A DNA stretch of 64,000 bases. Origin: Trichoplax adhaerens. Lineage: Eukaryota > Animalia > Placozoa. The DNA is taken from positions 901,262 to 965,261 of the forward strand of contig NW_002060963.1 of NCBI RefSeq assembly GCF_000150275.1, read 5' to 3'. Made by a program: the position numbers and the translations under genes. Below are positions 1 through 12,900 of the stretch, piece by piece; the first letter of the stretch is position 1, and each line of letters begins with the position of its first letter. The notes under the pieces were generated by a model. It searched no databases. It was not told the origin of the DNA and saw nothing but the letters and a program-made list of their open reading frames with translations.

Positions 1-75
1 ATAAGTTAAATTACGCAATCCTTGCGTCTAGTAGTTAGGAATAAGGTGAGTTTTATACAACGCCGCACAACCTAC

Positions 76-2739
76 CCAGGGTCATAAATGGATAGTCTAA
101 CTTGAAATATTCCTGTTGATATAATGAAGCCATAAGTGCGGCAGTATCCAATGTTGATTTGCCATCCATAGATTGATCAGGAGGAGTCCAGAGTCTAATC
201 TGATTAGCATAATATTATTTGCGTTATTACTTTCACGTTTATCAAATCAACCATCAATATAAATTGAAGGATTTAAAGTTTCGACGTTAGGATAAAGAGC
301 GCTGCAAGTCTAATACTGGCAATATTAAAACTGTAGAACGAAATGGACTGAAAAATATTACTACTCAGACTAAGATGAATGCACTATTTTATTCGAAATC
401 ATAAGAATAATAACATACTTTGAAAATTTATCGATACATGCTTTTTCAATTTTTATTACTATACCTTGCAGTGCACAAGATTCTATTCAATTGTAGTACA
501 TCGTTAAAATTGACAAGAGATCGCAGTACTTACATATATATTTGACATGTTGGTTTGTACCGGAACTAGTGTAGGTTCGAAATCCAAGACAGCAATAGCA
601 AGATTGTGTGGACTGATAAGAGTGCTCTCTACATTATTTCATGATATTAAAAATGCCAAGAGAAAAAAACGAAAATTCTATTAGTGTCTACAAATCTGTT
701 GAGTTCTAGGATCAACGTTATCATACAATCTTAAACTTGTTACCATTAAATCGATCTTGAACCAGGCCATCTTTCAATACCTTGCTATCGAATAAACGGC
801 CATTAAATAAGGTAGCAGAAGTTGTTGTTGCATTTCGAAACATAGTTAACTGAAATTTAGCCAAAAATGAAGGCTCATCAAAACAGGGAAAGATTAGCCG
901 TGCGTTGTTTGGGTAGGAATTGGATAGGAAAATTTTTCTTAAATTTGATGATGCGCTGTTACTAAAATGTGATTATACAAAGAGGTCATAAAAAAGAAGA
1001 CATCTTGAGATTAGAATTGTATAACAAAGTAACTTCTGATTAGATAAAATTCGATTCTTCTATACAAAACAACTTTTATTTGCATAGTTAATTAATCTAT
1101 CGCAAGGTGATATAAATGCAGTACTAATGAAGTATTGATTACAACTCTTGTGTTCAAGTGTTATACTCGTAGAAGTCAAGTACAGTATCTTGGTGATATT
1201 TATACCGTCGTAATTGAATTCGATTAAAGTAGTGATTAGAACTAGAAGTATTCAAGTATAAGCTAAAAATAGTATCTCGACAATATTCATACCGTAGTCA
1301 TAAAGTCTATAACTTTGAAGTAGTGACTAGAACAAGTGTTGAAGTGGAAGCTAAGAACAGTATCTCGATGAAATTCATGCCGTAGTCATGAAGTCTACAA
1401 TATTGATATAGGGACTTGATTAAATTACAAGTGTTGAGTGGAAGCTAAGGACAATATCCCCATGATATTCGTACTGTAGTCATAAAGTCTATAATACTGA
1501 TGTAGTGACTAAAGAACTACAAGTATATCAGCGTCAGCTAAGGACAGTATCTCGATGATATTTATACCGTAGCCATGAAGTCTATTGAAAAAGTCTGTCT
1601 AGAAAAGTTTAAATGGAAGCTAACTACAATATCTCGATAATCACCTTTCCTGGTCACTGGAGAAATAAGATTGAGTATAAATGCCTTGCGGTGCATTCTG
1701 AATCGACGAAGCGAAATTATAGAAAAGAAAATATTTGCCAATAGCTTGCATCCGTTGCAATTTAATATAATAATAATCGTTAGCAGCATAATATCCAACT
1801 TTCTCAATGACAGGGACCGGCCCTGAATGATAATGGCCAATTTTGGGAGTGTCCGTTATCGTGATATTCTTGGTGTGGACGATAATAATATCAGTGGGTT
1901 GTGTAATCATAACAGTAATTTGAACTTCACCCACAATTAAATTGCGTTCTGGATGTAATTGTAGCATCAGTTTATAATTTTCTGGTTTAATAGACGTCCG
2001 TAGACGAGAACTTGCTAATTCAGGAAAAGGTATAGAAATCGGTGTGGAGGATGGCGTTGACGTGTTCGCCGCTGGACTGGATGGTGTGCTTGGTTTAGCC
2101 GTTGGCAATTTTGTTGCTTGGTGTTGTAGCTTGGGTCTTTGGTGTTGTTGCTTGGGTCTTTGGTGTTGTTGCTTGGGTCATTGGTGTCGTTGCTTGGGTC
2201 TTTGGTGTTGTTGCTTGGGTCTTTGGTGTTGTCGCTTGCGCTGTTGGCAATTGGGCTGATGGCGTTGCTGTTTTTGTAGGCGTGCTTGCGGTGGTAGGAG
2301 GCAAGCTTGTCGATGTTGTTACTCTACTACTAGTAGGCAATTTTGCAGAAGTCGGTGTACTACCAGTCGCTGAAGTAGGTTTAGTCGCCGTGGTTACATG
2401 GGCCGATGATGATGATGATGCTGTCGTCTGATTTGGACTACTTGTCGCCTTGGATGTTGCATGTGTAGCAAGAGACATGGTTGTACCTTGCTGAGTGCTA
2501 TTGGCTAAACTTGGCGTGGTGGGACGAGTTGGTAATGTTGTTGAATTGGAATGAGACATATTTTGTAGTGCTCGAGGTATAAAAACACCCATTAATATGC
2601 CACCAATACCAAGAATAACAATCGCCACAAGGGCAATAAGTAAACCTTTCGTATGCTTCTTATACCATGGTTTATTGCGATTGATATTAAAGATAATATC
2701 ACTTTCATCAATCAGAAAGGATTTTTCAGCGCTAAACAT
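76..2739 (-). CDS. Type II membrane M1-family (aminopeptidase N-like) metallopeptidase, 5' part only; apparent frameshift at ~2095-2120
   Basis: Exons 2739-1645 (frame break near 2110), 961-744, 628-534 and 199-76, all with GT-AG and consistent phases; the gene continues past base 1. Short cytoplasmic tail, signal anchor (LLIALVAIVILGIGGILMGVFI), Thr/Ser-rich stalk, then M1 N-terminal domain motifs RLRTSIKPENYKL, QGIYTQSY and ARLIFPCFDEPSFLAKF. GAMEN/HEXXH would lie outside the window. Confidence 0.85.
1183..1644. repeat. Degenerate ~90-bp tandem repeat (~5 copies) in aminopeptidase intron 1
   Basis: Unit resembling AGTATCTCGATGATATTCATACCGTAGTCATAAAGTCTATAA...GAAGCTAAGGAC recurs at ~1184, 1271, 1361, 1454, 1546 and partially at 1628, running up to the splice donor at 1644. 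Confidence 0.85.
2117..2236 (-). repeat. Coding 21-bp minisatellite encoding (PKTQATT)n mucin-like stalk
   Basis: About 5.5 copies of CCAAAGACCCAAGCAACAACA on the minus strand. Confidence 0.95.
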
Positions 2740-3203
2740 GTTGATTTTCTGCCTTCAAAACTTCTTCCAAGGTGGCTAATAAAGCTCAGTATTGCAGAAA
2801 TAGCTGTATGGAACTATTCTAAATTGATTGGACTAGGAATTGAGATGAAAAATGGATTCAATGGAGGATTATTGCCATTTACGAACGACTTGATTTAATT
2901 TCTAAACTAACTTGAAGGAGAAACACCGCCCAGACAAGTGTTCTGACGGCAAAGAGCATGCAAGAGTAGGACAATTCAATCAAGTTGCTGCTATTGCGCA
3001 CGCGTATCAGACTACGTCATTTTACTTCTCCAATCCGGAACAGATTATTCGACACTCGACGGTCAATATCAGCGGCGATGACCGCAGGTGACTGACATCC
3101 GTTAGCACTCCATGAGTCACGTGAGCCGATCTATGTGAGTTAACATAGTAGGTTATTACCACTGCTCCATCAGCTGTCTTCGATTGGCTCTTCAGGTGTA
3201 GAG

Positions 3204-3494
3204 ACTCATAGCTCATACTATGAACAATATTCAACATACTATGAGCTAGATAGTATATTGTGCTAACAGAACATAACGTAATATGATAAATAAAATTAAT
3301 TAATTAAATTCATTTACGTACATATAGAATATAATGTCATATATAATAAATTAATTTGATTTGATTAATTCATTTATTCATGAATAATACGGAGCAGTGT
3401 ACGAATATATTAAATTAAATTAAGCCTAATTTCGCAGACTGTTCCGTATTATTACGCAAAATCATATTGAATAATGAATGGTATGAGCTGTGAG
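3204..3494. mobile_element. Possible MITE-like remnant with nested inverted repeats
   Basis: CTCATAGCTCATAC (~3204) versus GTATGAGCTGTGAG (3481-3494), 1 mismatch. Internal 16-bp inverted repeat 3383-3398/3438-3453, 1 mismatch. Confidence 0.4.
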
Positions 3495-4849
3495 CTATGG
3501 ACTACTAGGAGAAGCCCTTCGGTTTTCTTCTGGGGGGGGGGGGGTCCGTAGCTACTCATAAATATGCAATAATATAGTTCCTGATATTAATAATTCATAA
3601 CTTATAGCATGGGCTGCACGTAAATAGGCAGTACGTATACTGTAGTCCCTGGTAATATCCATCTTATTAGCTATTAATTATTACTTAATTACATCGAACA
3701 TGTACGGTATCCCATGCAAATGATCTAATATAATATAATATTATAATAGCAAGTTAATTAAATTAATTGGCTGTCAAAATGCTTTATTTACTGTTAGTGT
3801 GTTTAGCTACGTCACTTGAGAAACAGCATGCAATGCAGTTCAACTGGCCTAACTGTTCGAGTGATTTATTAATCAATCATTCGTATGAAGCTTTAGTCCG
3901 TTTATACTGTAGAAGTACGCCTACGTGCAGTAGGTGTATATATCGGTGCGAGCATACAGTCATACAGTATACAAATTGACCTAAAATGAGTCGGGCTTTT
4001 TTCTATTATGTACATATATCAATTTCAGCAACTTCCTAAAATGAAGTTTTGCGATAGACGTATACAGAATGTCCACTGTGGACTGAACTTTTACGCAGGG
4101 CTGCGAAACACTCCCTCTCTCATCTAAAATGAATTCACTCCTCTCTTTCGATTAGGAGAGAAATACTATATTTACTACAGTACTCTAGTGGATATCAAGG
4201 GTTATTACTACTATAGTCATTGCTATTGGAATACCAGAATATGAATACTACTTCGTTATCCGCCCCTTGTTGGCGATTTACAAGTTCGTACGTGCCCTAT
4301 TTAGGAATTCTACTATATCACAATAGATGCAATATACATCCAGACGGACATTATAGCAAATTGTCACCGTAGATGCGCTACTATAATTTCTCGCTCGTGA
4401 TAATTAACATCAATGTACCGCTAATGTTCGTCCTTGAATATTATGTATGTGTAATGCTACACCTGCTGGTCGCACTTTGCAGTACTTGATACCTTAATTT
4501 GCATTGAGAGTGCATTTATAGTCTTATACTGTAGCACAGACCTCTGCATATAACATAATCATAGGCGACAATGTTATTATACTGTCAATTTTGAAAGTTT
4601 ACTTAGCACTACTAGACACACGTATTCAATTAGCATGATTCCAACAATGTTAAATTAACTTTGTTTCTAGGTTTAGCCATTACTGTACATTCCGTCACTA
4701 GAGGTTAATGCTTCAGCATCATACCGTATTACTTAATATAGAATCACAAATAACTGCAATGCATTACGGATGATAGTAAACCTTAAAAAATACATTGCAC
4801 TGTACCACATAGATTATACTGGTTATATCACAGTTCAGTAAAAGAACGA

Positions 4850-5215
4850 TTTTCAAAATTGTCAAGTAATAGCGTTGTTAACATCGATCATAGCTATAAA
4901 TGCAGTACGAACATCTTTGGCAGGAAGCAGCGTTCCTGATTATGTCTTGGATTTGTAGCTCAGCGATAGTTGAATAGTTGCTTACTGTACTTTATAGTAT
5001 ACGAATATAGACAAAAGTAATTGTAATATGAGAGCAGACTTTACACGTACAATGTACGTTATATTGGATAGTGTTGCACGTATTACTCTTGCGTAAAGTG
5101 AAAATTTTTAAAATTGGCAAGCATCAGTCTTGTTAACATCAATAATGGCTAAACATGATGCATGAACATCTCTAGTAGGAAGCGATGTTCCTGATCATGT
5201 CTTGGGTCTTTAGTA
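4850..5215. repeat. Old diverged duplication of ~110 bp, period ~256
   Basis: TTTTCAAAATTGTCAAG...TTGTTAACATC...GAACATCT...AGGAAGC...GTTCCTGATTATGTCTTGG at 4850 and a diverged copy at ~5106. Confidence 0.7.
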
Positions 5216-6801
5216 CAGTAGTACAGTAATTTTAGATATTGACCCAGGAAAGGACTTTGATTATATTCAGTGCTGTAGTTTAATGGTGGACTTAGCACCC
5301 CGAATGAAGTCCAAGTATTATTTAAATACGCTTGCATTGAATTTATTACAAACTACTAAATTATTACGATTTAATCACTCGTTTGTCAGTATATTGTTCC
5401 GACTGGAAATACAGCAACTGTATGTAGCCGATTACAAACTTACCAATATGCACATAATATGGAATAATAAAGCAGAAAAAGAAATTTTCGACTGCTCGAT
5501 TAAACTTTACAATTGACTTCAACACAACAAAGATCACATCTATCTCACATCATCACAAAAACACTTACAAAAGAAAAAAACAGATACAGCATAGCTACGC
5601 AAACTTTATTGGTACAAGGGCATCAAAATCTCACAAATAGTTCATTTCGCTATTCAACGATAAGCTGACACATATCGTTGCCAACAGTTGACCATATACA
5701 TTGGTTACTTTAAAGTCATATATATCTGTTTTTGAATTAATTTAAAATAGATGTTGATAGGTAATAACTCTAACGCTGGACCAATCAAATGTTGCACTTC
5801 AAAACCGATTGAAAGAAAAATACAATTAAGCTGCTTGATATGGCATAATAGTTCCAATCACATTTCTTATCCCGTACTTACAGTAATGCAAATGCAATAT
5901 TCATTTCTAAAGAATCCATTATTGTACTAATATTGTAATTATAAATAAATACAAATAATATTACCATTGACACACTACGAACATCAATCCAACAATTAAT
6001 ATACTACTGTATGATAGCACTATTAGAATCATCGATGCCCTATTTAGATGTAACAAAAGTCCAGTATATATTATAGATGATGCAAAACTAAATTACAGCA
6101 TACTATACTTCGCATGTTGTAAATATTTTTTTTTTTGCAAGAAATGATAAATATAAGCAAGAGTTTAATTCTAAATATGTCATGAACACCTAATACAGTG
6201 CTTTACGTACTCTAATCAGTACATTAAATCAGCTAATCTCAACGTCTTCCAAATTGTTAATTATTGCTTTTAATAGTTACCCTTATAGAGTAATTTAAAC
6301 CGAAGCAATTGCGCTCTATTTGACAATTGCCCTGCTCAATATTGCTAAAACCAATTCAGTTCATGTCGACTATATATTTCGACAGTATCGTTTAAAATGG
6401 GTAAAAATAATTTGATCGATCAATCCTAACTGCTAGCGATAAGTACGGTATTGTAACTACTACTACATATTCTACAAATACTAATAATAACAGCAAATAC
6501 ACAACGTCGTATACGTATAAATACGGATTGAGCGGTGTAAATCGTAATTATTGGTATCGTTATCTTTTTAGCACTTGAAAGTAGTGTTGGGCGATAATTA
6601 GGAATCCGCAATAACGTACGTGGAAAAACGATCGTAGAAACTCACTTGATACAAATCGATATCATCAGCAATCGATGATCTATAAAATAATATCGTTTTG
6701 TCACGTAAACATAACACAGTGGAATTAATTTACAAAAAAATCGGAAAATTCGATAAATAGTTATTGAACAACGTCAACTAATGGACTTCGACGCTTTTTT
6801 T

Positions 6802-9800
6802 TTAAAATCCTGGTATATGACAATACGATTCAAGAGAAGATAAAATTATGTACAAAAGCCATAAGAATATAAAAAAGACTGCTGTTGCATACTTTGGTCC
6901 TCTTGGTCCTCCTAATTCACCACCGACAGATTTCGTCCTCCTTAACATTAAAACTGCGATACAAACAATGGCTACAGCGCAAAATATGGTCACTGAGAAA
7001 GCCAATGAACCAGAAGGGACGTAAAATTTTTCACCTTTTATTGCATTAGCAACAGCAGCGACGCACCAAGCGAGACCTAAGCCCAAGAATACATTAACAG
7101 AATTACTACCGGTCACATTACCGATGGAAGAATCGGCGTATTTGTCATTAACTGCTGCAGTTTTGCTGGCAAATGTATCTAGAATAACGGGTATACAACG
7201 TTTATTAGGTTAGTATGATAACACAATCACCTTCCTATCATGCTAGAGACATGCGAGAATTTTACCTGGTAGACTTGTACCAAGAGCAACAAAAGTTATG
7301 GCAGTTACACTATCTTTCAGGCCAACAGTACAACCGAAATGCGAAGCTAAATCGCCAATAAATGTTGTTAAGATACCAATCATAATAATAGATACACAAA
7401 AGCAGGCCCATCCTCCCCAGATTTCCGTTGGTGGTACAAGAGCGAAAATTAATTTCCAAAAGATAGTTAAGTAATGCATGATGTAGTCAGTGCAAGTTGG
7501 TTTAGTCTCTTCATCATCATCATCGTCATTATCACCACCATTAACTGTCAAAGCAGCACTAAAATCAATTATTCATCAATGGATAAAAAAATGATGTTAG
7601 TATTAGCAGTTACACGAGAATTCAATCATGCTAACATAGGTACGAGAGCGTTTCGAATGGAAAATAATTCCGATAATTTAGAAGCAATTTATACCGAAAT
7701 TGTTCGCGCCAAGTTGACGTCCCGATAGCCATAGCTAAATTAGCTTTTTTTAACAATTTATCAACCGTATTTTTAAACTCGTGACTTTCAATAATTGTAA
7801 CTTCTGCTTCTTTATAGGGGCCCAATGATGGATTAACATCAATAGGTTGATTTCCGGTCGTTTTAGCGACGTGATTTCTTTCCTTTTCAATACGTTTCTT
7901 ATCCTTAAAGTATGGTTCACCCAAAAGGACGTAGAAGATTTCATTCTTTTCATATTCTTCGTCATCAACGATATGCACCTCAATGGTTTTGCTAAAGATA
8001 CATGTTAAAAATGTAATAGAGTCTAATTAATAAGCAAGTTGTACAATAACATCTAAATCTCCCTGCCTTAGCTAATAGTTATAATTGTTGTCCAATACAG
8101 TAGTTATACAAATCAATTATAAACAAGTGATAGATTGATAGTTACTAGTAGTACTTACGAAGTTTCATCGTTTTTAAATTCAAGTTCACCAACTGCATCT
8201 TCATAATCGTCGCCGCCTCCCTTAGCTGTTCCTTCCTTAGTATGATAAGGCACTCGAATGGTACCACGTGCACCAGATTTACGCTCGACTGTAAGTGATA
8301 ATGTTCCAGCGGTTTCAATAACTGAATATTTACTTTCAGAGAAAGAAAATACACCAGGATGATCATCGTCTAAGATAACAACCGTTGCTGTCGATGGTGA
8401 CTCTATTACACATTTTTGCTCATTATCTGTAGTGGAAACAAATTTGGCATTGCTCAACAAAACATAAAAGTACTCATCTTCCTCGTAGATATCATCATCT
8501 ATAATTGTAATTTTGATATCTTTACGACTCTCTCCAGCTTTAAAACGCAATGTGCCATTAGTAGTTACATAATCTTCGCCGGAATTGGCTGTTCCATCTT
8601 GTGTTTTGTAATCAACAGTTAGAACGTTATTTAAGTTACCAGTTCGTTCAACAGTTACACCTACTGTACCACAGTTTTCTAAAACTGTGTACTTCTCTGG
8701 TGAGAAGTAGATCTGAGTAAGACTGCATTTCTCAATGTCTTCCGGATCTACATTTCCATCAGGGTTAGCTGGAAGGCTCATTTTTCGCTGCTTGATTACA
8801 TTTCCACTTCCAGTGAGTTTACGCGTGGCTTGAATGCGATAATAAGCACGTGATTTCGGTTGATATTTTAAAGCTTCATAACTAGCTAATTCTTCAATTT
8901 CTTTTGCAGTGGCATTGGGATGATTTTGTTTAATCTCTTTGACAATTTGCATAGCCTTTTTTCGACGCATTTCATCATTCTTTTCTGAATCTACATCATC
9001 GATGCTATCGACATCGTACATTGGGTTATTCTTATAGACAGAATTGAAACCTTCACTATCGCGCTCTTCTTTAGGAGATCTCATAATAATAGAATCAGGT
9101 TCGACTATGACAGCGCGATTTTTTCCATCAGCACGATATTTTTTGCTTAATTTCTTAAATGATAGGAGCTGACGATCAGCAACCCAAGCAATGGTAACTA
9201 ATATCGGAAAGAAAAGTAAAGTAACGACAGCTTCCCAAATATCGATGACATCACGTGATATCCCTTTCAATATCAACAGCAACCATAAATAAGCAAAGAC
9301 TGAACATGATGCTGTAATAAAGAATACTGATAAGTGTTTAATTCGTCGAATTTCATCATCTGGAATAGCTAATACACAAAGTGCAGTGATGATCAATAAA
9401 TTAAAAGCCGCAGAACCAACGATGGTTGAGGGACCAAGGTCTCCAGGTTTAAAATTGTTACCACAAATTTCAATTATTGATAATAAAATTTCAGGAGCAG
9501 ACGAACCCAATGCCATTAAAGTAAGATTGGAAACAGTTTCATTCCAGACACGAACACTGATCCTTTTATACTCGCCGTTGCTCATTTTAACCTTGATAAA
9601 ACGCTCTTTCGACGTTATAATTTCAATTGCAGACATAAAACGGTCAGATATTATAGATACTCCGATGAAGAAAAAAAATAAACTAAAAAAGTAGACGATA
9701 GTGCGACCAACTCTTTCGCCAGTACTTAATGGTAAAATATTTCCTTTAGAGTCCTTTGGATATGGCCAGTGAGGTAAAAATAAGCCATTTTTACATCGAG

Positions 9801-9975
9801 TTGTGGTATTGCATGCGATGAGCCTTTTTTCAGCATCAGATAGAGTAGGAGTAGAAGTTGAATTTATTGTGGAGACATCGCGTTCACTAATGATACTACT
9901 ACCAAGTGTAGGATCGACTTTAAAGTTAAGCACGACAACGGCAATCACCCATAAAAGGGCACTAAATAATTGCAT
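6802..9975 (-). CDS. SLC8A1: Sodium/calcium exchanger (SLC8/NCX family), 927 aa
   Basis: Exons 9975-8159, 7991-7695, 7558-7266 and 7178-6802 total 2784 nt, in frame. Signal peptide, alpha-1 repeat (LMALGSSAPEILLS...IVGSAAFN), XIP-like basic segment, two Calx-beta domains (IIDDDIYEEDEYF, ILDDDHPG, IVDDEEYEKNE), alpha-2 repeat (FVALGTSLPDTFAS...NVTGSNSVNVFLG), C-terminal YCHIPGF. The symbol indicates the SLC8A family, not one-to-one orthology. Confidence 0.97.
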
Positions 9976-12900
9976 CTTTAGAGGCTGTAAGAGTACGTTG
10001 AAATGGTATTAGTTTAATGGATAGTACAAAAGAGAAAGAAGATACAATCATCAATAATTTTAAACTTGAAAAAATGATACAAGTAAGCACATCAAGTTAT
10101 CCTCGTCATTTTCGATACAATCAGTGACAAATACCTAAGATGATGCAATAATTGCTAAGCTGTCCTGGTTCTTGCGTATTTAACCTTAATCTAAGGAAAG
10201 AGATTAATAAATTACCGAGGTTATTATGATAAATCTATCCATACGAGCATCAAAAAGCTTGTGTGTTTTTATTCCTTCAAATAAATGATATCGCATCATA
10301 ATTAGTTGATGTGTCGCATATAGCGTTTACTGTTTTATATTTATTTGATATGAAGTCTTGTTACAATCAATTCGATAAAGGAAATTGCAATTTTTTGGGG
10401 GAGTTGGTGCTAGTCTAGTTCATGCACGCTTTCATGATTAGATTAATAATTAATTGCATAGCTGTAGTATTTTTAAATAAAAAGCATACATTATTATAAA
10501 TGGCACCACAGATGATATTATAGTTAGCATTGTCATTAAGCCAGATGAGTACTATCATGAGAAATGGAATGATGTTGATGCAGTGATGGGTAATGTACTA
10601 GTTGATAATTTTGGTCGGCCAATGCTCCTAAACCAGTGCGCAATGAAACTACTGCTATTACAGCTGTACACCGTACCGTTTGTTAAGAAGAGGTTAGGAT
10701 TCTCGGCAGTAAGTTAATTTGATAGCATGATTGAATTTTAAATTCCTATACAATACTGGCAGATTTCTAATCGTAATCAGGCCAAACGATTTTCGATTAA
10801 GAACAGGCTTACACTACTGGTACAATATTTCAGATGCGACTATCGTTGGTGATAATTTCGGCTACTTTAAAACTTTGCAACATTGACACTGCGGATTTTG
10901 CAAGAGATTCGGGTGCTATCGTAAAAGACGATCATTGTTTTGTTGAAAATGAATGCTATAGCACCGTTCACGGGAGAAAAAGTACTGCAGTATTGTTGCT
11001 AGCGTCGTCGTTTATTGATTTTACAATACCAACGCTCTCTTTTACAGTAGTAAAGCACACGAAGGTTTACAATAACAGGCATTGCATAATGGATTGAAAT
11101 CTCTTCTAAAACCCTGCTTTGTATCGTTTATTATGGTAGATAGAACAAGGCAATAAATAATTTAGTGTCTATTTGTGGAGAATCTGGATTTGGCCTATAT
11201 TAAATTGTCTTTTTTAGTCTAACTAAGGGTAGTATTCTTTATTCTATGGCCAATACTTTACGATAAAATGATATCGTGTATTTTCGGGGGTGAATTCGAA
11301 CGTCAATATTAGATCAGTTGGTATAGAAGTACAGTACAGTATTGATTGCAACCATGAGAGAGAGAAACGTTATCTTCTTATTCATGATATTTATAATTAA
11401 TGAATGCTTCTCAACGTTGCGGACACATTGGGATAAGAATTGAATCAAGCGAAAGGGATAGCAGTTTGGATGTACAGTACTGTACAGTCGTATATCATTG
11501 ACTGCAGCTGTCCATACAGTATTGTACACCTGATTACGGTCTGGTCTGAAATGGTTTCCAATTTCAACAGTGCAGTGTAAGCAAGCTAACATGGTAGAAG
11601 TTGCTGTGAGTTCAAGAAGTTCTATGCATACAGTAGTAATAATAATTCAACTAACATTGGTGAAGTGGTTTGAAAGGTTATCGAAAATAGCGAGGAGGAC
11701 ATACATCACTCCTGAGAGCGAACCTTGCTTGATCTTGATTGAGAAAATCATAGCCTGAGGATGAATAGTAGTACTGGCGTTGTCGTGGAATAATGGATAC
11801 AATCGCGTTCTGTTTTACCACAGGCTGTCCATTGCAGACGCTCCTTGCGATTGAATTCATAATAAAAAAGCAGATTGAAAGCACCAAAGTCTCCTTGCAT
11901 TGCTCATCTTATTGCCTACTATAAATGTTATTTTACCACCCTCGTACATTATTCCATCGCTATCCAATATTGAAATCAGTCGAGTACGAATTCGTACCAT
12001 TTGAAAGGATTGCTTGTCATGGGAACCATGGAGACAGAAAGGAAAAAGCTGGTGAGTTGTTTCTTCTATCTCTATGACGGGGGGTACTATAGTACAGTAC
12101 AGTACATCATCTTTCATTTCCTTTCACATACGTTGACTGGGACAAAATGGAAGGAAAACTAACGTACAAATACAGTCGTTGAAACCCCTATTTTACGAAA
12201 ATAACATGACTCCATGCTGAATTTGCCAATCTTCCAGCCTGGGCTTGTCTATGACGGACTACCAAAGATATCTTGAATTAAACTCGGGAAGATAACCACT
12301 GTGGACACTGGCAGACTACAGTCGAGTCGAACATGAGATCCGACCATTGTACTGTAGCATGAGTGACTCTGTACTGTACGTTACAGTACAAATATTAGCA
12401 CAGTGCGATTGCGTAAACTGTTGTTGATGCACTGCGTCATCAGCAAGCTTTGACGGCATACTGTACGACTGACGCAATACAGTGATAGCTGGTCATCCAG
12501 GACAGCACGAATAGTACGGTACTGTAGAGTAGAGTGTACAGTACATGTACTCTACTGTACACTCTAAGACTCTCCAGGTTTCCACTGGGCTTTTACCAAT
12601 AGTCTAACTTGTCCATAGTGTACGACTTATTCATTTATCCCGTACCAGTAATACCCCTACTGTCATGCCCTACAGTAACATTGGAATACTGTACACTGTA
12701 AAGTAGGTGGTTGCATCGAAGATGAAAACTGGGCCAGGACTGAAATTGAAAGGGACAAAGGCTCCCTAAAATGGTTCATTGGATACTCTACTGTTTAAAA
12801 ATGATGCCGTGATACAATTCTGTATGATAATATGATGATGATATTTGACGATAGAATAGTATGGATTTTATTTAATTGAAAAGTCCATCGGTAGAAAGAA

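Noticed and set aside
2044-2431. Plus-strand Cys-rich and Val-rich ORFs
   Set aside because: Antisense readings of the aminopeptidase PKTQATT repeat.
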